This document shows positions 31,728 to 45,776 of a stretch of DNA of 64,000 nt, in pieces. Numbering within the stretch: the first letter of the stretch is position 1; every line of letters begins with the position of its first letter. The notes under the pieces are model-generated. The model was not told the DNA's origin, made no database searches, and saw only the letters and a list, made by a program, of their open reading frames with translations. Origin of the DNA: the human T2T-CHM13v2.0 reference genome, Homo sapiens; assembly GCF_009914755.1 (NCBI RefSeq), contig NC_060928.1; one strand, written 5' to 3'. The position numbers were made by a program, and so were the translations under genes.

Positions 31728-33329
31728 AAAAGTGTGTTTCTGAGGCAAAAAAAAAGATTTACAGCAAACTAATAACTGAGTTTCCAGTTCTTCGGTCAAC
31801 TACAGCTGAGCTAAAGTCTTAGTTAGCAAAATTTAAAAGTCTGAATTGTTAGGAGATAAGAAATTGTTAATCTGAAATCCAATTTCTACTGTAATTCAGG
31901 GGCACTTTGTTTAGAGGAATGACTGTGTGTAGGAGCATTGTGATAAATTGTAAGGAAATGACACAGCAAACACTATTCTACTAGTGTAATAAAATATTCT
32001 CTACCCTGGTTTTTATAGACAGCCTGTACATAGTATTTATATTCCTTTCCAAGTCACTTATTTACCTGTGATGCTGTTTCCTACTTTTGCTGACAGTTCC
32101 ATTAGTCGGTTAAAAAACATATGGGGTAGAGGAGCTTTTGCAAAAGGTGACTTAAATTAATGGTAAGGTTGATGCTATTTTCCCTTGTTTGACTAGTTGA
32201 ACATTACATGGGTTCCAAACTTAGTGTCTTCCAGTGTGTGGCAGGTTACATCCATGTGTAGAACAAAGCCCGGGAGGGGGGCGACTGCATCAACACAGGG
32301 AGCATGCTCTTTCTGAAAAAACAAAAACAAAAATGAGAAAAAACGCTGCTAACTATTTTGTTGTCATGAGGAGTTGTGGGCCATTATTCATGGAACTTCT
32401 GATATTTCAAGAGAAGTAAAAATATTTTATATGAAGTCTACTGTTTACAAAATATTGTCAATTAATTGATATTAAACAAATACCGTGCAGGCCAAACCAA
32501 ACTAGCCCTCGGACCAGAAATGCTCTATGGGTTTATAGCTTCAACACTGGAACATCTCTCAATATGATCAGTTGTGGATTATATACTTTCACCCTTTTAA
32601 GCACTTATTTTAAGGGTTTAGTGGGGGTCAAGTAGAATATGGTTATTGCTTAACTCAGTTTACTACTGCTACCTAAAACCATGGTTGATATTTAACTGGC
32701 TTTCACTGTTACATTGCGTTACCAAGTATTCATTCTGATTGATTGGTACCATGTGGTCAAAGGGGTTAAAGTTTTTGAACATTATTTCTGCCCCAAATTA
32801 ATAAACAACACTTCTTACTAGCATGATTTAGATATGGGTTTACCTGTACATTGGGAGTTTTTTCCAAGTGTGTTTATTCCAAGCATTGTGGAATTTCTCA
32901 GTTCCTTATAAGACTACCTTACAGACGTAGTTTATAATATTTTCAATAATAATTTGTCAGACTGTATTCTCACTCATTCAATTTTGGGATATTATTTGAT
33001 GACTCCTCCCCAGAAGCCTCTTTTAATGACTAGTCTGACTGACATTTGGTGAAAAAGCAGTAGTTTTCCTTCATCTGTATTCTTCAGAGAATCATGGAAT
33101 AGTAGCTGTCCCTTCCATTTAGGTCTTGCTTTTGATAAATTAATTGATGAATTGTCTTCAGCTTAATATGAATATAATTAGTTCAATTGTCAATTATGTT
33201 AGACTTTTAAAAGAGTGTTCTGAATATGTGATCATATGACATACTATTTGTAACATGCTTTTTTTTCACCCCCAAATAACAATTTACAGGATCTCAATAT
33301 TGAGGCCAGAAGAGATTACATAGAGATTA

Positions 33330-33610
33330 TAGGCTCTGCCTGTAATCCCAGTGCTTTGGGAGCCAAGATGGGAGTATTGCTTGTAGCCAGAAGTTTGAGA
33401 CAAAGCTGGGCAACATAGCAAGACCCCATCTCTACAAAAAATTAAAAAATTAGCTGAGTGTGGTGGTACATGTCTGTACTCCTAGCTACTTGGGAGCCTG
33501 AGGGGGAGGATCACTTGAACCCAGGAGTACAAGGTTACAGTGAATTATGATCATACCACTGCACTCCAGGCTGGGTGACAGAATGAGACTCCATTTCTAA
33601 AGTAAAAAAG
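33330..33610 (+). mobile_element. AluJ, slightly 5'-truncated
   Basis: GGCAACATAGCAAGACCCCATCTCTACAAAAA, GAGGATCACTTGA, TATGATCATACCACTGCAC. Confidence 0.88.
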
Positions 33611-34563
33611 TATATATATTGAAAAAATTGCTTGAAAACTTTGAGAGTAGAAATTATCTTTATAGTATCTAATCTATCCAGTCAAATGAGCTGGCAGTGG
33701 AAGGAGCACTGGACTTAGAGTCGGAAGGCATGGCCTTTTCTCTTTTGCCAATCAATGTGACATTTAGATTTTCATTATTATCATTATCATTATTGTTATT
33801 AAGATTTAAAAAAAATTGTGGGCTAGAAATGTAACTTTCTTCGTGGCAGAATTTTATACTTATTTTTATTTCATATTTGCTCTTCCAACTAAGAAAGAAA
33901 AAAAGTACAGATCTCTGGAGCCTGTAGTGTTTGAAACTTATTAGCTGTGTTTCCTCTGGCTACAGAACTCAAAAAGGAGTTTTTCAAGTTGCATTCAGAA
34001 AAGCAGTCTGTTTTTCTGACCTGCAGTGTTGCTAGTAATTGTAAGCCAGGTGTTACTCTTGGAAAATGAAAGTACTCATTATTTTAAAATAGTATGGTGT
34101 GGAGGGCCAACTGTAAGACCTGGAGCTGTTTGCTGTTTACACACATGTGGACAACTTCTCTGGTCAAAAGTGATAAACAAATGAATCTTTCAGCCTCCAT
34201 TCTTCAGCCTCTCAAATATATTTCTGAAGAGGGCATTGTTCCAGGGTTCTCTCTGAACAACTCCCACCCCTGAAGTTGGAAAGTCTTGACTATTTCAATG
34301 TCCTTCCCTTGCATCATATTGCCTGGGCAGCACGCCCTTACTGTTGTTGCTTTGTTAACTGTTAGATACTGAGCTATATTAACATGAAAGGACATAAGGA
34401 ATCAGAAATGAAGCCTCCAACTAACAATATGACAAAGCTGATCGACCAATACATCTTTGATTTGGTTTTAAGAGGTTGCAGTGGAAGTGGATAGGAGGTG
34501 TGAAATTTCTGATTCCAACTTGAGTCTGATTCTAGCCCGTGCCTTGGGGATGTTTATAAACCT

Positions 34564-34730
34564 GAGAGGGAGGAAAACTGAGGGGGAAAGGAAGAGGGAG
34601 GAAAAGGTAGAGGAAGGGAAAGGAAGAGGGAGGAAAAGGTAGAGGAAGGGAAAGGAAGAGGGAGGAAAAGGTAGAGGAAGGGAAAGAAAGAGGAAGAGAG
34701 AAGAAGAGAAACAGGGAGAGAAGGAGAGTG
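34564..34730. repeat. Purine-rich 32-bp minisatellite: 3 perfect copies at 34591-34686 plus degenerate flanks
   Basis: Unit GAAGAGGGAGGAAAAGGTAGAGGAAGGGAAAG. Confidence 0.95.
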
Positions 34731-34849
34731 CCTGATCCTGATCCATAGTATAATAGCCTCCCTAGCCTGATTACAGTTCTGCTTTTACACTTAACCACTG
34801 CTCTTTTGGGTACTGGGCTATTGAAGAACAATATTCCAAATTTTCTGAA

Positions 34850-35875
34850 AGTTCTTTCCAGCTGAGAGTATCTCTAGGCACTGGCTTAATTCTTTCAAAG
34901 TCTCATGACCACACCCTTGATTTTTATCTTTACCTTGAGGCCAAGTCTTAATGTGAAAATATTTATCTGGCATGAGACAGCAAAGATGAAAAACAACTTT
35001 AGTTTCTATTCTAATAAATTCTAGCATCTCTTAATTCCCCATATTCTCCTTGTAAACTGTGTGTGTGTTTTTGTCGACATTTGTTTCTTTCTTGTAGTAC
35101 TTTATATACAACTAGTAAGAGTCAGCTGATATTTTCAACATTCTGCCTGGAGATCAAGTCCAAAAATTCATAAGGTACATTTTATATCTTCAAGTTATCT
35201 TAAGTGACCAGTTCTAACAGATGTTTCATGCCGACGTAGCATGGGTGATCATTTCTTCGATTTGCTCTAACAGTTGCCTCATCATTTTTCCAGGCTTTGT
35301 TAGTAGTATCATTGACACTTTTCCAGCTTCTGTTTGCTACCTACCTCATCCAAAGCTAATTCCACATATGTCTGTTTTATGCTATGGTAGCACGTTCCTT
35401 ATAGGTACTAATTACCCATTGCCATAATAATGCTGCATAATAAACAACACAAAATGCCTCTTGAAACAATAAAAATTTATTTAGTGCATGAGTCTGTGGG
35501 CCAGCAACTTGGTTCTTCTGGTCTCACATGCATGGAGATGGGTTGCATATTAGCTGCTCTAGTATAACTCATCTGGGATGATTGAGATAACCTGGTTCTG
35601 TTTTACCTTCAGTAGGTTAGTAGGTTAGTCCAGGTATGTGTCACAGCAAAGTCAGAGGATTAAGAGACTGTTAGTGTGAAAGATTTTTTCAAGCCTCTGC
35701 ATGCATCTGCTCTTGTCCTGTTGGCCAAAGCATGTAAGATGGCCAAACTCAGAATCAAAGTGCAAAGAAGTACACTCCTCTATAGTGAGAGGAAATGCAA
35801 AGTCACATGGCAAAGGGCATAGATACAGGAAGAAGTTGAGAGTTGGGCCATTGCTGCCATCAGCCTGCCAAATTA
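34850..35875 (-). mobile_element. Old MLT1 internal fragment plus LTR
   Basis: CCAAAGCTAATTCCACAT...GGTACTAATT resembles the MaLR-int end; TTGGCCAAAGCA...GAGGAAATGCAAAGTCACATGGCAAAGGG is MLT1 LTR-like. Confidence 0.6.
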
Positions 35876-35899
35876 TCTCACCAGTATTTAATATGGGAC

Positions 35900-36692
<793 letters not shown>

Positions 36693-36851
36693 ACAATTGA
36701 ACTCTCATTTTTCTTCTGATTCTGAGTTCACGTTGCATATTTACACTATGCATAAAAACCAGTTCTCAGTATGTATCCCCTTCCTAATTTTCAGGAGTTT
36801 TAACACTAAGGTCTTTTCAGTGCTTATACTGTTTAGGTTCATTAGTAAGAG

Positions 36852-37263
36852 TGTGTCTTTTTGGTTTTCTGTAGCTTATAACAGAATACCTGAAACTGGG
36901 TAATTTATAAAGGAGAGGAATTTATTTCTTACAGTTATGAAGGCTGAGAAACCCAAGGTCGAGGGGCCATATCTGGTGAGGGCCTTCTTGCTGGTGGGGA
37001 CTCTGCAGAGTCCTGAGGTGGTACAGGGCATCACATGGTGAGGTGGCTGAGTGTGGTAGCTTAAGTCTCTCTTTCTCTTCTTATAAAGCCACAAGTCTCA
37101 CTCCCATGAGAACCCATTAATCCATTAATAGATTCATACGTTCATGAGGGTAGAGCTGTTAGGACCCAATCACTTCTTAAAGGCCCTATTTCTCAATACT
37201 GCCACATTGGAGATTAAGTTTCAACATGAGTTTTGGAGGGGACAACCATTCAAAGCATAACAG
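36852..37263 (-). mobile_element. MaLR MSTB/C-like solo LTR
   Basis: ATAACAGAATACCTGAAACTGGGTAATTTATAAAG...TTTCAACATGAGTTTTGGAGGGGACAA. Confidence 0.85.
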
Positions 37264-37594
37264 AATCCTTTAATTGTCATAAGCTTTCCTAATTATTAGC
37301 TTTAGTATGATCTAAGTATCAATTTTACTTTTGTTTTCCAGCTTATAGAAGAATACGACATACAGAAAAATATATATTCTGCAAAGAAAACACAGTTATG
37401 TAGGGAACCTTTCCATCCCCAGTCTGGACCCAGGTAATGGGTCCTTGCTTAGAGGAATATTTCTTCCACTCATATCATCTTTCTTTTTTGTCCCATTTTT
37501 TTTTTGTTTGAATAAAACTCATTTGGACTTTTCCTTTCTTCCACCAATAAAGAAAGAACATTATTGACTTTTAATTATAATTTTAAAAACCCCA

Positions 37595-37885
37595 TTTTTT
37601 TGTGTTTTAGAAACAGGGTCTTACTCTGTTGCCTAGTCTGGAGTGCAGTGGCACAACCACGGCTCACTGCAATCTAGAACTCCTGAGCTCAAGCGATCTT
37701 CCCACCTCAGCCCTCTGAGTAGCTGGGACTACAGGTACATCCCATCACACCCAGCTAATTATTTAGTTAAGAAATGGGTCTTGCTTTGTCGCCTGGGCTT
37801 GTCTTGAACTCCCGGGCTCAAGCAATCCTCCTACCTTAGCCTCCCAAAGTGCTGGGATTACAGACGTGAGTCCCTGTGCCTGGCC
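37595..37885 (-). mobile_element. AluJ
   Basis: ACAGGGTCTTACTCTGTTGCC...GAGCTCAAGCGATC...GGGCTCAAGCAATCCTCC. Confidence 0.88.
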
Positions 37886-37899
37886 ACAAAACATATTTT

Positions 37900-38960
37900 A
37901 AAATCTGTTTACATCTGCCTAGATTTCCAGTTGGTGTTGTAGTCCATTAACTCTTTATTCTGCTACATCCAAACTGCTATTAAATCCATATATCAAATTC
38001 TTAATTTTTGTTACTTTATTTTGCAGTTCTCAAATTTCTATATGATTATTAAGTCTATTCCTTTGATGAAACTCCCCATCTTACCCTCTATTTCCTAAAT
38101 ATTTTAAGCACTTATTTTAATTCTGTGTTGCTAATGACAATATCTGCATCATCTGTGAGTCTTTTCCCGTTGTCGATCTTTTTATGTTGTTCCTATTTGT
38201 TGTGTTATTGCTATATTTTGTATATCTGGTAGATTTTTGTTGAATGCCAGATACTGAATATAAAAAACCAGGGATGATGTGGATTGTGTTATAGCTTTCC
38301 TGAGAGAGTTTGCCCTGTCCTCTGGTTGGAAGCTATAGTGGAGGCAAATCACTTTAATCAAGTAAATGAGAAGACCAAATGCTGGGTTTCAGTCTTCTTA
38401 AGATTGGTTTCCTGGAGTGCTATAGCCCCTAAAGGTCTCGAATGAGAGTATGAAGTGTTCTCTGTTGCTCCTCTCCCTTAGTGAGTCATGGCCTCCAGTT
38501 TTGTCTTCTCAGCACTAAAAGATGTTTAAAAACTCTGATTTGATTTTCAACGGCTGTATGCTTGGCTTCCTAGCCTCTCACTCTAATCAGCTTACTTCAG
38601 AAAATGCTTTTATAGGAAAATGACCTTAGTATTATGCTTACTTTTTCACACCTCTCTTCTCTCCAGGCTTGTACTCATAAATCCTGGCTGCCTTCACAGC
38701 ATCAACCTATAATTTTTTGTCCACCTCGACTTATGAATTATCAAGAGCTCTCTTAGATTATCTGCCTTTTAGCAGGGGCTGAGGATTATTAATATTCCAG
38801 CCTATATTTAGAATTGGCAAATGCCATTAAGGGTAAGTGACATTCAGAATTTGTCTCACCTTTCTACATTTCTCTTCTCTCTGGGATCTTGACACCTCAG
38901 ATTCTTATCACTTTGGAAGCTCTCCCATGCCTTCAAACAAATGTTTTTTTTCTTTTTAAA
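37900..38960 (-). mobile_element. Degenerate L1ME-type 5'/ORF1 fragment
   Basis: Antisense motifs parallel to those at 9500-10600 (TTTTGCAGTTCTCAAATTTC, TGAATGCCAGATACTG, GGAGGCAAATCAC). Confidence 0.5.
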
Positions 38961-40079
38961 TTTTACTTTTCTTTTCTTACTGTTAATCGGTTAAATAGCC
39001 CCCTCTTGCATACCTCTTACATGTACATGTAGTTTCTTCTACTTACTCTTAGGTCAATTTTATTAAATCTGGAGGGAGATAGTAGATTATGAGGACCTAG
39101 GAAGGAGGGTATAATGGACAGATGCCTTGCTTGATCAGCCTCTATTTCTCCTTCTTCCTAATATTATTTATTATTATTATTTGGAAAGCCACTTCTGAGA
39201 AGTGGAAAGCCACTGTCAGTCCTTGTGTTTTTCGGTGGGATAAACCCAGTTTCTGGGGTCTAAGAATGGGAGGTGGGTGGGTAGGTGTGGCAGGCATGCT
39301 ACTCAGGCTGGCCCATGACTATGTTCCATCTCTCCTATCGGAGGGCTTGAGTCCGGGAAAGATATGGGACCCTAGTCAGCCCAAAGAATGTCAGCACTGG
39401 ACTTCTACAAAAGTTAGTGGGAAAGTGATATTGTTTCCACTGAGGTTTCTCAGCTGGTAGATTTAAGGCCAGAGCTGCTAATGGCCTTTTTTGCCTTTGT
39501 ACGTGCAGGACCTGTGAGAGAAAGCCGGGGAAGCAGAACCCTTTGATGGAGACAACAGAGTCAGGACAATATTGTTTAAAACTCCTAAATCCAAACATGC
39601 CTGAAGCTATAAGTTACTTCTGAAATTTAAAAATTTGTAAGTAAATTATTTTTTTTCTCCCTAAGCCACTTATAGCTAAAATAGGCCTGACTATGTGGAG
39701 AGTACCAGTAGGTGTGAGGGAGGGGAGACAGATGAAGTGACATCTCAAGAGAACTCACTGATTTGATTGGCTGGATATAGAGCCTGTGGGAGAAAGAGGA
39801 GACAAAGATAAATGTGAAGTTATTTAAATGGTTTGTGATGCTTTTAACCCAAGGAAAGATATGATTGATGTAGAAACAACTTTTCCTTTTACATATCCAA
39901 TCCACATATAAAAACTTATTTAAATCATAAACTGTAAGGATGGTAAACTAGAAATTTGTAGCTGCTTCTCAGTAGCAAAGTTTTTTCTTTAATTATTGTT
40001 GGCTTAAAATTTTTGATAAGTTATATCTCTAAGGGTATACAAAGTAACTTGTTGAATTTGCAAAGTGCTTTGTGGATTT

Positions 40080-40270
40080 CAAATTACTTTGGAGTCTGTC
40101 ATTTGACCCTCACAAGAACCATATAGTAGGTGGGAGAGTTAACATCGTCCCTTATTTACCAATGAGTGTACTGAGGTACAGAGAGGTTAACATAATTAAC
40201 TAAGGAAACCGAGCAAATATCTTGGAGGGATGGTATGAGAACCCAAATTTGCCAGTCCAGTGCTTTACCA
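40080..40270 (-). mobile_element. MIR
   Basis: CCTCACAAGAACC...TTATTTACCAATGAG..TACTGAGGTACAGAGAGGTTAA. Confidence 0.7.
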
Positions 40271-42304
40271 TATATCATTCAGTTCTCCAATTCCTAGTAA
40301 TTATAGTTACTTATAATCAATGATAAAATTATAGCCAGTGACCAAGTTACCCAGAAACATTCCAAAAATGGCATCAAATTTTCTTTTAAGCATTATAAAA
40401 TATATTTAATCAAGTCAGAGCTATTCTAAAAGAATAATAATAACTAGAACGATCTTGGATGACTGGCTTAGCCAGAGTCCCCATGTAGATCTGAGTGCTC
40501 ATTGTGGGTCATGGCCACTTTCTTATATCTCAAATATCCTCTGCAATTCTGGAAGGGGGAGAAGGTAAAAATAGGAGAGGATTCTGGCTCAAAGGGGGAG
40601 GGTTCTGTAAACTGGAAGTATGACTTTACATGGTGAAACATTTTCTTGCTAGTTATGTAATTCTGATATGCTTTTAACTTCCAGTTCCTAGGAAAGAAGT
40701 TGTTTCAACTCTCATTGGAGGAAGTATAAGGTGATCTCAGGGAAGGCGAGAAGGGCTGGTTGCCTGCCAAATCTATAATCAAGTCGGCTCCACAGTCAGT
40801 TGAGTAAACAGGAGTTATTATATATATGAGAAGTTTTGGCCGGGAAAAAGGTGTAAATAGGTTAAGTAAATTGACAAGGAACAACATATTGGGTCATTAG
40901 TCAAAACTCATCATGTGGTCTACATAACATAAACATCAACATAAATGCAACTCATCTTCCCAAATAGCTACACACTTAATTTTCAAGTGCTCACAAAATG
41001 GAGCTTGATTTCAATTAATACTAAATAGTTTTATGCCATTTCCAAATTTTCGTTTCTTTGTGGGAATGTAGGAAATGTTGAGACTAATGCAAAGACTTTC
41101 TGAACACAAGAAAAGGCTTTACTTTGTATAATTATCTGGTTTGATGTTCTGTTGCTAAGTGAAATAGTGTTTACATCATGTGTTTTCAGAACCAAAACTG
41201 TGTATTGAATTTCATCCAAATCATTTAGTTAAGTCTAAGTTTACAAAGGAAACTAATGATCTGGCTTTATTTCAATGTATTGATTCTGGATTCATGAGCG
41301 TGTGTCAAAACGCGATTACATACTCTCTAATTTCTGTACAAGCTCCCTACCCTAAGCTTACCCCTGCTAAGAAATCCTTGGTGTATTGATTCTTCATTTC
41401 ATCTTAAACTAGTACTTAGGTAAAAATATGATTAGGGCCCTTTTTCTTCACTTGAGAAAAGAGGAGACAATAATTCATGTGATAAATCAATATTATTCCA
41501 AATAAAACCAAAAAGCAAATTCTAGAAAGGGCAAACCAATGTTAGATTTGGACAAGACTTTGTGGAACTTAGGATGATTGAGATCTGTCTAGTGTCTCAG
41601 GTGCCCTCTTCAATTTTGGCAGAGGCAAAGGTGGAAATGGGGAGAGGACTCTGGCTCAAGGTGGAGAGGGGCTTCCACAAATTGGCAAATGTCACTCTAC
41701 ATAGTTTTGAAAACAGAAAACGACCTTGCTTTATAAAATTCTGTGGTTTGATGTTCTGTTGCTTTGTGAAATGCTTTTTAGAATATATATTAGATACCTA
41801 TATATAATTTTATATTATATGATAGGAAGAGGGGCAGAAAAAGAATTGCTTTCTTATCACTAACTCTCTAACAAAATATTTCCTTTCTTACTTCACCTGA
41901 AATTGGGTGCTTAAGGGAGGGGATGGGAAGATGAGGCAGCTTGGAAAGGTCAGGCTGGGGGACAAGACGAGTAGGAAGAAGACAGATGGTGTTTTTCAGA
42001 ATAGATGGCCTCTGATCAGAAGTAGAGGCATCATATTGACATTGCCAAAAAGATGGGCTCTCAAGCTCTCTCCTACTGTAGTTTTAAAAATAAAATATTC
42101 TTGTCTTATACAAATTAGAACATGTCCTAAAAATATGTTGGGTGCTCAGGTGCTGTACTCATAATGCTCACTAGTTAGCAACCTATCTGACACTTTATAC
42201 CTTACTTGAAGGCCCCAATTAAATGCTAATAGAAGTTGCCTTTGATTTTGCTGCAGTTTTGTGTATTTCTTATTTTAATGGAATACTTCATATGTATGTT
42301 TTAC

Positions 42305-42655
42305 TTCAAGTAGGAGGTAGGATGGTTGTCTCCAGAGGGTAGGGTGTGGGGGAGGGAGGGAATGGGGAGCTGTTGATCAAAGGGTACAAAGTTTCACATA
42401 AAGAGGAAGAACAGGTTTTTGAGATCTATTGAATAGCAGGGTGACTATAGCCAATAATAATGTATTTATGTCTCAAAATAACTAAGAACAAATTTGAAAT
42501 ATCTCACCATAAAAAATAATGGGTAATCAAGGGGTTGAATATGTTAGTTTGGTTTAATCATTCCACATTGTATTCATGTAGCAAAACATCACATTGTATC
42601 CCATAAATGTATATAATTGCAATTTGTCAATCAAAAATAATATTAATAATTTAAA
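42305..42655 (+). mobile_element. L1MA/MB 3' end fragment
   Basis: GGGAATGGGGAGCTGTTGATCAAAGGGTACAAAGTTTC...AAAACATCACATTGTATCCCATAAAT. Confidence 0.8.
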
Positions 42656-43134
42656 ATTTTTATTTCTTTGTCTTGACTTTATCCTTCTAAGTAGGAATTG
42701 TACGTATGTCATAGCTAATATTATTTTTTCTTAGTCTTAAAAATATGTCTACAGTTTATCTGTTAAGTATGATGTTTGTTATAAAGTTTTGGTAGTTAGC
42801 CTTTAACAATTTCTTTTTTCATAATTAGGCTTTTCATTTTTGTCCACTTTTTCTTGGGCCAATTCTGGTAATTTATATTGACAATTTAGTATTATATGTA
42901 TAATCATGTAACATATGTTATATATGACAACTTAGAACTTCATATAAAACCAGTTATGTAACTTGTTTCAAATTCATTGTGTTCTTTTATGGATGAGGAT
43001 ATTTTGACTCTCACACACCCAAATACTGCTATATATCCTAGTTGCCTGTTTCTTTTAGGACACCTCTGCTAGTGGTGTACAGAACTTTCACTCTTTTGTG
43101 TTAGAGAATTATGCGCTTATTAATACATTTTGTA

Positions 43135-44612
43135 TTTTTTTGTTTTTATTTTTTTCTTATTTCGATAGCTTTTGGGGTACAAGTGGTTTTTGGTTACATG
43201 GATGAAATACATAGTGGCGAATTCTGAAATTTTAGTGCACTCCTCACCCGAGTTGTGTACATTGTACCCAATATGTAGTTTTTTGTCCCTCACCCCTCTT
43301 CTACCCTCCCCCCTCTTCCACCCTCCCCCTTCTGAGTCTCCAAAGTCCATTATATCACTCTATTTGCCTTTGTGTACTTATAGCTTTGCTTCCACTTATA
43401 AGTGAGAACATACAGTGTTTGGTTTTTCATTCATGAGTTACTTCACCTAGAATAATGGCCTCCAGCTCCATCCAAGTTACTGCAGAAGGCATTATTTCAT
43501 TCCTTTTACGGCTGAGTAGTATTCCATGGTGTGTATATACTACATTTTCTTTATCCACTCATTGATTGATGGACACTTAGATTGGTTCTATATCTTTGCA
43601 ATTGTGAATTGGGTTGCAATAGACATATGTGTTCATGTGTCTTTTTCATATCATGATTTCTTTTCCTTTGGGAAGATACCCAGTAGTGGGATTTCTGGAT
43701 CAAATGGTTAGATCTACTTTCAGTTCTTTAAGGAATCTCCATACCGTTTTCCATAGATGTTGTACTAATTTACATTCCCACCAGCAGTGTATAAACATTC
43801 CACTTTCACCAGATCCAGGTCAACATCTATTGTTTTCTGTTGTACTAATTTACATTCCCACCAGCAGTGTATAAACATTCCACTTTCACCAGATCCAGGT
43901 CAACATCTATTGTTTTCTGGCTTTTTAATTATGGCAATTCTTGCAAAGAGTAAGGTGGTATCTTTTCCTTTGGGTAGATGCCCAGTAGTAGAATTGCTGG
44001 ATTGAAGGATAGATCTACTTTTAGTTTTTAAGAAATCTCCGTACTGTTTTCCATAGAGGTTGTAATTCTTCTTTTCTGATTTGGATGCCCCTTATTTATT
44101 TCTCTGGACTGATGGCTCTGGCCAGAACTTCCAGTCCTGTGTTGAATAGAAGGGGTGAAAGTGGGCTTCCTGGTCTTGTTTCAGTTCTCAGGGGAAACGC
44201 TTTCAACTTTTCCCCATTTAGTATGATGTTGCCTGTGGGTTTGTCATATATAGCTTTTATTAACTGGAGGTAAGTACCTTCTATACCTAGTTTGTTGAGG
44301 TTTTTATCATAAAGCGATGCTAAATTTTATCGAATGCTTTTTCTACATCTATTGAGATGATCACATGGTTTTGTTTTTAATTCTGGTTATGTAGTGTATC
44401 ACATTTATTGATTTGCATACATTAGACCATCCCTGCATCCCTGGGGTGAAACCCGCTTGATCGTGGTGTATTTTTTGATGTGCTGCTGTATTTGATTAGC
44501 AAATACTTTGTTGAGGATTTTTGCATGTATGTTCATTGGGGATATTGGTCTGTAGTTTTCTTTTTTTGTTATGTCCTTTCCTGGTTTGGGGATTAGGGTG
44601 ATACTGGCTTCA
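43135..44612 (-). mobile_element. L1PB 3' portion with internal duplications and a deletion
   Basis: GGGGTACAAGTGGTTTTTGGTTACATGGATGAA is an L1PB 3'UTR; the sequence jumps to upstream ORF2 at ~44065. Confidence 0.85.
43758..43919. repeat. Perfect 80-bp tandem duplication inside L1PB
   Basis: 43758-43837 is identical to 43838-43917. Confidence 0.97.
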
Positions 44613-45075
44613 TTCTCTTATTTCTGTGTGACTGGTATGCAGAGATAAAGGTTTCACCATTTGTACAAATTTGCAGTTTTAATGCGAAATATGTTTTTTA
44701 GCTATTTGATTTTTTCTTTCTTAATAAATTGAATGAGTATACACACACCTATTTTGATGCTGTGTGCATTTAAAACCTCATGTACTTTGTCATTCTAGCT
44801 TTATATTGCAGACTCCCTTACTGTATTGTCTGGACTTACTTCTGCCCACCACCTTGCTTACTCTATAGGCTGGAGGGGTGAATGCCAGGGATGAGGTAAA
44901 ATTTTGGTCATATATATGACTGATTTTTTACAAAGATGAAATTAAAATTATTTCTTTAGGGCCATGTAATATCACCCAAATCATGTTGTTCAAAGAGTAC
45001 AAACTTTCACTTACAAGATGAGTAAGTTCTGGGAATCTAATATGCAGCATGATGACAATAGTTAATAATACTGTA

Positions 45076-45644
45076 CAGATGTTCCTTGACTTACAATGGA
45101 GTTATGTTCCAACAGACTCAACGTAAGCTGAAAATATTGTAACTCAGTGATGTCCCATCTTTTGGCTTCCCTGAGCCATGCTGGAAGGATTGTCTTGGGT
45201 CACACATAAAATACACTAGCACTAATGAAAGCTGATGAGCTAAAAAAAAAATGACAAAAAAATCTCATAATGTTTTAAGAAAATTTACAAATTTGTGTTG
45301 GACCTCATTCAAAGTCATACTGGGCTGCATGTTTCCCATGGGCCATGGTTTTGACAAGCTTGTTGTAACTTACAAATGTATTTAATACACCTAGGCTACA
45401 GAATATCATAGGTTAGCCTAGCCTACTTTAAATAAGCTCAGAACGCTTATATTGGCGTACTTGGGCAAAATCACCTAACACAAAGCCTATTTAGTAATAA
45501 AGTGCTGAATATCTCATGTAATTTATTGAATACTGTACTGAAAGTGAAAAACAGAATGGTTATATGAGTACTTAAAATGCAGTTTCTACTGACTGACTTT
45601 TACACAATCTTAAAATTGAAAAATTTTAAGTAGAGAACTCTCCG
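45076..45644. mobile_element. MER47A-like (TcMar-Tigger) MITE containing a MER30
   Basis: CAGATGTTCCTTGACTTACAATGG start, TTAGCCTAGCCTAC...CTCAGAAC body, TA TSD. Confidence 0.85.
45145..45362 (+). mobile_element. MER30 (hAT-Charlie) nested in MER47A
   Basis: CTTTTGGCTTCCCTG...ACATAAAATACACTA...GCTGATGAGCT...GACAAGCTTG; 8-bp TSD TTGTAACT. Confidence 0.9.
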
Positions 45645-45776
45645 TATTGTATCCTTGAAATCTGCTAAAAGAGCAGGCCTTAAAAGTTCTCACTACACAC
45701 CCAGGTAACTATGTGAAGTGATGGAGGTGTTGACTAACTTGATATCACTTCAGAATATTTACATATATCAAAGCAT

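Noticed and set aside
30621-31822. Dense cluster of overlapping ORFs
   Set aside because: This is the effect of higher GC in an L1 5'UTR-like block; there is no coherent protein.
34591-34686. 32-bp repeats as a possible CRISPR-like array
   Set aside because: Head-to-tail units with no spacers, in primate DNA.
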